Shown here piece after piece: positions 17,472 through 25,700 of a stretch of DNA of 28,997 bases (position 1 is the first letter of the stretch; each line of letters begins with the position of its first letter). The translations under genes and the position numbers were made by a program. The DNA is from a virus. Taxonomy: Duplodnaviria > Caudoviricetes. The DNA lies in IMG/VR virus record IMGVR_UViG_3300035392_000125, positions 1-28,997 of that record; one strand, 5' to 3'. The notes under the pieces were generated by a model. The model was not told the DNA's origin, ran no database searches, and saw only the letters and a program-made list of their open reading frames with translations.

Positions 17472-17654
17472 ATGAGTGAAAAATTTAAAGTAGGCGATTT
17501 AGTTAAACTCAAATCCGGCGGTCCTGTGATGATTATTGAAAGCGAAGAAAGTGGCAAAAGGTTTGAGTGTCTCTGGTTTGGCATTGAAAAATATCATCGC
17601 GAAAAATTTAAAGAAGAACTCTTGGAAAGAGTCAAAGACAGAGGCAGCGAATGA
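17472..17654 (+). CDS. YodC/DUF2158 family protein
   Basis: FKVGDLVKLKSGGPVM...C.WF......F.EE.L; GAGG SD. Confidence 0.88.
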   Translation: MSEKFKVGDLVKLKSGGPVMIIESEESGKRFECLWFGIEKYHREKFKEELLERVKDRGSE

Positions 17655-17659
17655 TTAAG

Positions 17660-17765
17660 ATTTTACCTTTAACGGCGGGTTAAACTTAAATCTATAACGT
17701 GACACCTAAAAAACACAATCGTGGTTTTTACGGATTTTTAAACGGGTTTTAAACACGGTTTACAT
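17660..17765. other. Candidate strong gyrase site (Mu SGS-like)
   Basis: Non-coding tract with T runs about every 10-12 bp (GGTTTTTACGGATTTTTAAACGGGTTTTAAACACGGTTTA), just upstream of the gpI promoter. Confidence 0.5.
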
Positions 17766-17836
17766 CGTAACACTCCAAGATAAAATTGACTGTCTGCGTA
17801 AAAGTATGACATTCTAAAAAAATACCCCTCACAACG

Positions 17837-17888
17837 CAGGGCGTAAAATATTTTACGTCCTGACAGCAGTACTTCCACGGGACATAAT
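17837..17888 (+). promoter_or_regulatory. Mor/C-type activator box and -10 of the rightward head-tail operon
   Basis: GGCGTAAAA-TA-TTTTACGTC (17840-17859), 23 nt, then CATAAT (17883-17888). Confidence 0.78.
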
Positions 17889-17896
17889 CTTGTCCC

Positions 17897-19030
17897 ATGA
17901 AAACACAAAAAAACTCCCTATTAGACTTCAAAGGCTTTGACGATTTCGTTGAAGTGTTCCGTGCCGGTCAGCAAACCGATAGCGCGGGCAAACAACACGT
18001 TTGGACAGTCGCTGATTTAGACCAGATGGTTGCCAATCATTCGCCTGCACCTATCGTAGTCGGGCATCCCAAAACCAATGATCCAGCGTACGGTTGGACA
18101 CATGCACTCAAACGCAGCGGCGATATTTTGCTGGCTAAATTTGAGAATGTTGAGCCGCAGTTTAGCCAAATGGTGGCGGATAAACGCTTCCCCAATCGTT
18201 CCATTCGCATTGTCAAAACAGATTCTGGTTTAAAACTCGGTCACGTTGGATTCTTGGGTGCGGTTCCGCCAGCTATTACAGGCTTAAAACCCATTGAATT
18301 TAATCAGGCTGGCGTTGAAACATTTGATTTTGAGTGTTACGACTGGCAAACGCCCAGAACCGTTGTGCAGTTATTCAGAAACTTACGCGAGTTTATCCTG
18401 ACCAAATTCACACCGGAAGAGGCTGATAAAGTTGTTTCAAATTGGCAATTAGATGATTTATCAGCCAATGCAGACAAAATTTATCAAGATTGGCAACAAG
18501 ACCAAGCTGAAATAACTCCAAATGACCCCTCTCAATTTTCCCAAGGTGACGATATGCCAACAAAAGAAGAACTGGAAGCAGAACAGCGCAAAGTCGCTGA
18601 CTTTGCTGCTCAAAATCAACTGCTACAACAACAATTAGAGACCGCAAAGAAAGCCGCTCGCAAAACCGAATGCCAAGCTGTTATAGATAGTTTATTGCAA
18701 AAAGGTGTCAAACCTGCTGCTTTAATCGGTGTCGCTGATTTTATGGCGGCACTACCCACTGAAGCTGAGTCTTTTGAATTTTCGCAAGGCGAAGGCGATA
18801 AAGCACAAACAGTTAAAACATCATCCCTAGAGTTCTTTAAAGGGCTGTTAAACCATCTTCCAAGTGTCGTTAAAACAGGACAATTTGATTTTGGTGGCAA
18901 TGTCGATGCGCCTAATACGACTGATGGGATTGTTAAAGCCGCTACGGCCTATCAGTTTGCCGAAAAACAGGCAGGACGTGAGGTTAGCGTTTCTGAAGCT
19001 GTAATTTATGTAACAACAAGAGATAAGTAA
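17897..19030 (+). CDS. Prohead protease/scaffold (Mu gpI-like)
   Basis: EVFRAG, APIVVGHP...PAYGW, RFPNRS and HVGFLGAVPPAI.GL motifs. Confidence 0.9.
   Translation: MKTQKNSLLDFKGFDDFVEVFRAGQQTDSAGKQHVWTVADLDQMVANHSPAPIVVGHPKTNDPAYGWTHALKRSGDILLAKFENVEPQFSQMVADKRFPNRSIRIVKTDSGLKLGHVGFLGAVPPAITGLKPIEFNQAGVETFDFECYDWQTPRTVVQLFRNLREFILTKFTPEEADKVVSNWQLDDLSANADKIYQDWQQDQAEITPNDPSQFSQGDDMPTKEELEAEQRKVADFAAQNQLLQQQLETAKKAARKTECQAVIDSLLQKGVKPAALIGVADFMAALPTEAESFEFSQGEGDKAQTVKTSSLEFFKGLLNHLPSVVKTGQFDFGGNVDAPNTTDGIVKAATAYQFAEKQAGREVSVSEAVIYVTTRDK
18554..19030 (+). CDS. Putative in-frame internal scaffold protein (Mu gpZ-like)
   Basis: AAGGTG SD before in-frame ATG after a low-complexity linker; coiled coil follows. 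Confidence 0.55.
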   Translation: MPTKEELEAEQRKVADFAAQNQLLQQQLETAKKAARKTECQAVIDSLLQKGVKPAALIGVADFMAALPTEAESFEFSQGEGDKAQTVKTSSLEFFKGLLNHLPSVVKTGQFDFGGNVDAPNTTDGIVKAATAYQFAEKQAGREVSVSEAVIYVTTRDK

Positions 19031-19960
19031 ATGGCTAATGCACCCTTCCCGATTCAACCGGAACTCACTGCGATTGCGGTGATGTACAAAAACAAAGGCA
19101 TGATTGCTGACCGCGTAGCACCACGCAAACCGGTTGGCAAACAAGAATTTAAATACTTAAAACACGATATGAGCGAAGGCTTTACCGTGCCTGACACAAA
19201 AGTTGGACGCAAATCCGCGCCGAATCAAGTTGAATTTCGTGCAACAGAAGTCACAGACTCCACGCAGGATTACGGTTTGGATGATGCGATTCCACAGGCT
19301 GATATTGCCAATGCGCCGGTTAATTACAATCCATTAGCGGTTGCGACAGAAAAACTGTCGAATTTGATTGAGTTAGACCGCGAAGTGCGCACTGCCAATT
19401 TAGTCTTCACCGCTGCAAACTATGTCAGTAGCTCCAAACAAACCTTGTCAGGTACTAGCCAGTTTTCTGACTTTACCAACTCTGATCCTATCGGCGTCAT
19501 TACAGCGGCTTTAGATAGTATGGTAATGCGGGCTAATAAAATGGTTATTGGACGGGCTGCGTTTACCAAATTATCCATGCACCCAAAAATCGTAAAAGCA
19601 TTTTTCGGCACGGCTGCGGATTCTGGTATTGCGACCCGTGATTTTATTGCCAGACTGTTTGAACTGGAGGAGGTCATTGTCGGCGAGTCGTTTGTGAATA
19701 CGGCGCGTAAAGGTCAAGCCGCATTATTAGCGCGGGCTTGGGGCAAACATATCGCCTTATTGAATGTGGACAATGCCGCCGATGTGAATAGCGGGGTTAC
19801 TTTTGCACTCACAGCGCAATTTGGGACGCGGATTGCAGGCTCAATACCTGACAGTGATATTGGTTTACGCGGCGGTCAACGATTGCGAGTAGGTGAATCG
19901 GTGAAAGAGCTGATTACTGCGCCGGATTTGGGTTATTTCATTGAAAATGCGGTGGCTTAA
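19031..19960 (+). CDS. Major capsid protein
   Basis: PELTAIAV.Y.N..MIAD.V.P, LDREVR.A and LFELEEVIVG; follows the protease gene. Confidence 0.9.
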   Translation: MANAPFPIQPELTAIAVMYKNKGMIADRVAPRKPVGKQEFKYLKHDMSEGFTVPDTKVGRKSAPNQVEFRATEVTDSTQDYGLDDAIPQADIANAPVNYNPLAVATEKLSNLIELDREVRTANLVFTAANYVSSSKQTLSGTSQFSDFTNSDPIGVITAALDSMVMRANKMVIGRAAFTKLSMHPKIVKAFFGTAADSGIATRDFIARLFELEEVIVGESFVNTARKGQAALLARAWGKHIALLNVDNAADVNSGVTFALTAQFGTRIAGSIPDSDIGLRGGQRLRVGESVKELITAPDLGYFIENAVA

Positions 19961-19962
19961 AA

Positions 19963-20121
19963 ATGGCGGCGGTAAAAAACGAAGGGACTGAAAAACAGTA
20001 TCGGGTGCAATGGCTGTTATCGCATAACGGCAAGGATTTTAACGCGGGTGATGTTTTGTCATTAACTGATGATGAAGCCGCGCCATTGTTAAAGTCTGGT
20101 GTAATTACATTACAGGGGTAA
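19963..20121 (+). CDS. Small head-associated protein, 52 aa (not in ORF track)
   Basis: YRV...L.HNGK.F..GD...L...EA..LL..GVI pattern typical of small post-capsid genes. Confidence 0.7.
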   Translation: MAAVKNEGTEKQYRVQWLLSHNGKDFNAGDVLSLTDDEAAPLLKSGVITLQG

Positions 20122-20124
20122 ATC

Positions 20125-20472
20125 ATGTGTATTAAAAATTATGTAGCAGGTGCTGCGATTAATCCGTATCGGATTGCAAAATTCAGCAGCTCGGATGGGG
20201 TTGTTATTCAGGGGGCTGCGGCAACAGATGCGTTGATTGGTGTGTTTGATATTCCTGCGGCGGCTATTACCGGTAATCGGGTTGATGTGGTGCGTAATGA
20301 TTTTGCTCAGGTTGAATACGGTGGCACGGTCACGCGCGGGGATTTATTGACTGCTGATTCGGTGGGTAGAGCGGTAACAGCCTCATCAGGTAATCGTGTT
20401 GTTGGTACTGCGGAAGTATCTGGTGTAGTGGGCGATATTGTGTATCTGTTCGTAACGGCTGGTATGGCTTAA
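20125..20472 (+). CDS. Capsid decoration/cement protein (DUF2190-like)
   Basis: AAINPYRI, VEYGGTVTRGD.LT.D..GRAV and G..GD.V motifs. Confidence 0.8.
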   Translation: MCIKNYVAGAAINPYRIAKFSSSDGVVIQGAAATDALIGVFDIPAAAITGNRVDVVRNDFAQVEYGGTVTRGDLLTADSVGRAVTASSGNRVVGTAEVSGVVGDIVYLFVTAGMA

Positions 20473-20482
20473 GGGGAAAACT

Positions 20483-20662
20483 ATGGCTACAGTTAAGTTT
20501 GTATATTCAGCAGAACAAGCAAAAGCTTGTGGAATAAGAAAAGTCTTAGTCAATGGGCGGTGGATTGAGTACACCGAACGGTTTGATAATCAAAAAGCTC
20601 TGTCAAAGTTCCCGGATGCTAAAACTGTGCATATGGGGACAGGAAAAGAGCCGGTTAAATGA
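20483..20662 (+). CDS. Hypothetical 59-aa protein (not in ORF track)
   Basis: MATVKFVYSAEQAKACG...EPVK*; AAGGGG SD; ATGA overlap with the gp36-like gene. Confidence 0.65.
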   Translation: MATVKFVYSAEQAKACGIRKVLVNGRWIEYTERFDNQKALSKFPDAKTVHMGTGKEPVK

Positions 20663-21084
20663 GTTATTGCACGCAGGCTCAAATGATAACGTGGTATAGC
20701 GAAGAAGAGTTAATTCAACGCACAGATAGACCACCTTACGCTGGTGCGATTAGTTCAACCGTTTTGGATGAGGCTATCGTGACGGCCGGACGCAGGATTG
20801 ATGGCTATTTGCGCACTGTTTACACCTTGCCACTGGCAATTGAGATGGTTGCTGACAGCGAATTGCCAAAGATTTGCGGTGACATTGCTCGTTATGAGCT
20901 GTATGCCAATATGACGCTGGATGAAAAATCAGAAGTGCAAATCCGCTATGACAATGCGATTCGCTGGCTGCGTGATGTGCAGGCTAAACGGGTTAGCTTG
21001 GGCGAACAGGATAACAGCGTCGCTGAAATGGGCGACGTGGTGATGGTAACGGGCGTGTCGCAAATTAACTGGAGCGGTTATTAA
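20659..21084 (+). CDS. Head-tail connector (Mu gp36, DUF1320)
   Basis: YCT..., IDGYL...Y.LPL, C.DIARY.LY and RY..AI.WL..V motifs. Confidence 0.9.
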   Translation: MSYCTQAQMITWYSEEELIQRTDRPPYAGAISSTVLDEAIVTAGRRIDGYLRTVYTLPLAIEMVADSELPKICGDIARYELYANMTLDEKSEVQIRYDNAIRWLRDVQAKRVSLGEQDNSVAEMGDVVMVTGVSQINWSGY

Positions 21085-21545
21085 TGGATAATTATTTAGC
21101 CGCCTCATCGCTGATTATTGCGCGTTTACATGACAAAGTGCCGCAAATTGTAAAGAGTAGGGTTCGTGCGGCACAGTCCGAAAAGTGGGTGATTAAAAAC
21201 CCACTGGATGATTCGATCAGCGTGATTTTTCATGATGATCAGCCAGTTGAAGCCGATGGAGGTCAAATTGATTGGGGCAAAAACCAGATTTCTGAACAAT
21301 TTTGGCTAGTTGTGATTTCATCCAAAAATGTGACAGATAGTGGCAATGCAGCGCGGAAAGAGCTAGGTGTAATCGCATTAAACGTGTTGCAAGCTTTGCA
21401 GGGGTGGCTGCCATCAGCAGAACATAGTGAATTATATCGCCGCCGTTGTCCTTTTAGAGTGACTGACGATGAGAAAGGTTTTGTGCATATTAGTTTTTTG
21501 TTTTCCACAAGGATAGTTATAGATGGACTGGATAACGATTTTTAA
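21084..21545 (+). CDS. Tail terminator/completion protein (gp37-like)
   Basis: Q.W.VVI and V.QALQGW.P motifs; lies between gp36 and tail tube. Confidence 0.7.
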   Translation: MDNYLAASSLIIARLHDKVPQIVKSRVRAAQSEKWVIKNPLDDSISVIFHDDQPVEADGGQIDWGKNQISEQFWLVVISSKNVTDSGNAARKELGVIALNVLQALQGWLPSAEHSELYRRRCPFRVTDDEKGFVHISFLFSTRIVIDGLDNDF

Positions 21546-21565
21546 AATCAAATAGAGAGAAAATA

Positions 21566-22312
21566 ATGAGTCAAAAAGGTTTTATTGGCGCAGGTATTTT
21601 GCGCATTGGTATTCAAAAAGCGGATGGCACCTGGGGGAATGATTTTGAAATCGGGAATACTGAACTGTTTGATGTGTCAGCAGATTCTGATGTTAAAACG
21701 TTAATTTCCTATCGCGATGACGGTACCTTCGGTCAGGCATTCGACACTGATGTGCAAGCCAAGCCGACCCAGATTAAAGTCACAGTGACCTCAGTTACTG
21801 CACAGATTTTAGCGTTAGCGATGGCAGCAACATTAGAAGATGAAACGATTGTGGCAGGAACAGTAACGAATGAACTTTATACTGCGATGAGTGCGGGGGA
21901 TTCGTTTCGTTTGGCACATGAAGACATTTCAGCCTTAGTCGTTTCAAATGATACAACCAACGCTGTTTTGGATGCGGGCGTTGATTACACCCTCACCAAG
22001 AACACCATTACGATGCTAACTGGGACAAGTATTGATGTTTCTGTTGGTTACGCTTATGGCGGTATCAATTGGAAACGCTTAAAAGGCGGTACAACCAGCT
22101 TTACAGCGCGGCTGGACATTCGTGGGCTTAATCGCCGTAGCCAGAAAAAATACCGCGTGTTTGCAGGCAATGTGACTTTGCAGTCTAAAAAAGGCTTTAG
22201 TTTCTTAAGTAATGATTTTCAAAAGCTGGAAATTGAAGGCACGGCGAATATTGACCAAGACGCAACCTCGGATGGGCATGGTGCGCCGTTTGTGGTGTGG
22301 CTTGAGAAATAA
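21566..22312 (+). CDS. Major tail tube protein (non-contractile type)
   Basis: FIGAG...I, IGN and F..LEIEG pattern with central beta insertion; no sheath gene. Confidence 0.8.
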   Translation: MSQKGFIGAGILRIGIQKADGTWGNDFEIGNTELFDVSADSDVKTLISYRDDGTFGQAFDTDVQAKPTQIKVTVTSVTAQILALAMAATLEDETIVAGTVTNELYTAMSAGDSFRLAHEDISALVVSNDTTNAVLDAGVDYTLTKNTITMLTGTSIDVSVGYAYGGINWKRLKGGTTSFTARLDIRGLNRRSQKKYRVFAGNVTLQSKKGFSFLSNDFQKLEIEGTANIDQDATSDGHGAPFVVWLEK

Positions 22313-22314
22313 CT

Positions 22315-22776
22315 GTGCGTAACGCAAAAACGTTTCAGATTCGTAAAAACCTTGCCGTCACGGTGGCTGAACTCACTGTGGTGCAGGTGTTGGAAATCTT
22401 TTGGTTGATGGGTGATTTTTTTTACCCCACTGAATTTGAAGCGTTTTTGCAAGCCCATCGTGTTGATGCTTTAGCAAAGGCGCGGGAATTGGTTAGTTTT
22501 ACACCTGATTTTGACCTTGAAAAGCTTACCTCAGAAGAACAGCAAGCGTTAATGACGCATTTTGTTGAGGTTAATCAGGCGTTTTTTAACGGGAGTGGCG
22601 AGACACAAACGCATAATGCACATGGGATTGAACAGCCGGATTTAAGCGGGTTTGAGCATTATCAAGCGTTGAGTGCAATGGTGAATGCGTTGGTGCGTTT
22701 AAAACATACCGAGGTTTTGAGCTATCCGGTCAGCCTGTTGAATGCGGTGGTGGCTGAAATTGGGAAGGATAACTAA
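22315..22776 (+). CDS. Tail assembly chaperone
   Basis: VTV.ELTV and EVN..FF motifs; between tube and tape measure. Confidence 0.65.
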   Translation: MRNAKTFQIRKNLAVTVAELTVVQVLEIFWLMGDFFYPTEFEAFLQAHRVDALAKARELVSFTPDFDLEKLTSEEQQALMTHFVEVNQAFFNGSGETQTHNAHGIEQPDLSGFEHYQALSAMVNALVRLKHTEVLSYPVSLLNAVVAEIGKDN

Positions 22777-22778
22777 AA

Positions 22779-25700
22779 ATGTCAAGCGATTTAAAGCTAA
22801 AAATTCAAATTAACGGTGATGCGACAGGCGGCAAGAAAGCTGTTGATGATACTGAAAACTCAGTTAAATCACTTGGAAACCGCGCAAACGAAACCAAAAA
22901 TTATCTCACTGGGCTGTTTGGCATCAGTATTGGTGGATTTTTTACGACAAAACTTGTCGAGGCAGTGCAGGTCATTCAAGATTTGCGTTTAAAACTGTCT
23001 GGTTTAACCACGTCACAACAAGATTACGCGAATTCAGAGGCTTATTTAACGGACTTATCGGGTCGGCATCATAAGTCGGTAGGCGATTTAACGGATAATT
23101 ATGCAAAATTGCTCGTTATGGAGCAGAGCGGCGTAATTACGCGCCAGCAGTCCACACAAATGCTTGAGGGTTTTAGTAATGTCATGTCGAAAACGGGCGC
23201 AAGCTCGGTGCAGACTGGGCAAGCCTTGTATGGGTTGTCCCAAGCATTATCACAAGGGACTGTGCAGTCAGCCGAGTTTAATCAAATTATCGAGCCGCTA
23301 CCTGGACTAGGAAATCATATTGCCGAAGCATTTGGAGTAAAAACGGTCGGCGCACTGCGAAAATTGATTGGTGCAGGACAGGTTACCAGTGAGGCTTTTG
23401 GTGTTGCGATGGTTAAAGCTCTCCAAAAGTATGATGGTGCGGCTGAACGGTCGGCTGGTACACTGACTGCAACTTACGCCGATGTCAGTTCAGCTTATAC
23501 CCAGATGGCGAAAGAGGTAGAAAAACCCGTGGCTGGATTAGCGACTGGTACGGTAAATCTCGGAAAAGAGGCGTTTGGCTGGATAAAAGAAAATAAGAAT
23601 TTGATTGCAGGGGCAATCGAATTGATTGCTGCGACTTATGCTGGAAAAGGGGTTGCGGCGGTCGCTGCTTATACCAAATCAATTTATGCAAACCTTGTTG
23701 CGCAAAAAGAAGCTATAGCTGCGACTATAAAAGAAGCAGAAGACAAAGTTGCGGCGACTACAGCTGCACAAGCCGCAGCCGTTGCAAAAAACAGGGAGGC
23801 ACAAGCGAATGTTGCTTTAATAGACTCAAATTTGGGGCTGGTAAAGTCGAGTTTGCAGGTTGAAAGCGCGTCATTGGCTGCTACAAATGCAAAAATTGCC
23901 TCTGCTCGTGCGGCTGTCTCGGCATTAACAACTACGTTAGATTTGGCTGAAGCACAATTAGTGTTGGCGAAAAACGAATTGGCGGCGGCAGAAGCGGCTT
24001 ATTCGCAAGCTTTAGCGAATACCTCATTATTGAGTTCACAAGCAGCAACAATTGCTAGCGCACTAAACCAGTCAAAAGCACAAGAAACCGTTGCGGCATC
24101 CGCATTAGTAACAGCCTCTGCCAATGTTAATTTGATTCAATCGAACTTAGCTTTGGTAAATGCTGACCGTGCAGCTGAATCGGCAACATTAGCCTCAGCA
24201 AATGCGCAAATTGCTCGGTCAAAAGCAGCTATTGCTGCAATGTCGGCTACGACACAGACAACCTCCATCCAATATTTATTACGGCAAGAGACAGAAAAAT
24301 TAACTGCTGCTGAAAGTGCCAGAGCATTATCTTTGTCAAAACTAGCAACGCTAGGCTCAAAGGCTAGTGCAATCAATGAAACTTTAGCTCTTTCATCCGC
24401 TCAACAATCCGCCGCGCAAACAGCCCTTAATCAAGCGAAAGCGAATACTGCGGTACTCGAATCTAATTTAGCCTTGGTGAAATCAGATATTCGGGCAGCA
24501 ACTGCCACTATTGAATTGACCAATGCTCGGATTGGTAGTGCAAAAGCAGCGATTGCCACACTTGAATCTGATACGCAAACAATTGAAAGTAAACGGTTAT
24601 TGACAATCGAAACGGCTAAATTGGCGGCGGCTGAGACAGAGCGGTCAGCGTCACAGGCAAGGTTGATTGCATTGAGCAAACAAGCAAATGCAATTGCCGT
24701 GCAACAAGCCGCTGCTACGCAAACCCAAATCGCCGCGCAAAACGAAGTGGTTGCAGCGAATATCGCGCAAACAGCCTCACAAAATGCCTTAAACGAAACC
24801 ACTGCCCGTAGCGGATTATTGATGACCAAACTGGGCGGGGCAATGAAATCGGCATTGGCTTTTGTCGGTGGTCCTATTGGTGCTGCGGCAATTGCGTTGT
24901 ATGGGCTTTATTTAGGTTTAGAGAAGGTGACTGACTCGGAAGGAAGGGCGGCGGCGAAAGCTAAGGTTTTTGCCGATGCGGTTTCGCAAGCCAATGAGGA
25001 CATTAAAAAAATGTCGTTGGGTGAAGTTGGTTTTGATACTCAAAAAACAGAAAAAAATATCAGCGCAGTTAAGGCAAAAGTGGCGGAATTAGAGAAATTT
25101 AGCTTTAAAAACCTATTTAACTTGGGGGATGTGTCATCGCAACGCGCTAACTTATTGCAACAATTAGATATTTTAGCTGAACGCAAAAAACAACTCGTTA
25201 CTGGGACAAATGAAAAACTAATTAACTTTGATGGCTCTAAATTATCTGCTGAGGGATTGACAGATGAACTCATTAAAACTCAACAACAAATTGATGATTT
25301 GACGGCAAAAATTGAGCCGCTGAAAGCCAAGCAAGGTGAAGGAAAATTAAGCATTTACGACCAAACTGCATTACAACAAGATGAACTGCGCTTGAATGCC
25401 TTTACAGCAAAAATGTCTAATTTAAATAATGACCCACGTGTGAAAGATGGTTCGATTGCGCCATTGACTAAAAAACAGGAAAAAGCCGCTGCACAGCAAG
25501 CAAAGCTGGATGAGAAAATTCAAGCCGAGTCGTTTAAAAATCAATTGTCTACATTCAAAGATGCCGAAGATGAAAAAGTCAGATTAATAAAAAACTCAGG
25601 GCAAACGCAAAGTCAGATTGATGCTCAGGTTTTTCAGACAAAGCTTAAAAGTGCGCGAGAGGCAACTGATTTTATAAAAGCCCAATATGTGATTGAACGC

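Noticed and set aside
22416-22423. T8 slippery run in the tail chaperone gene
   Set aside because: The -1 frame stops within a few codons and the site is too early to yield a plausible chaperone.
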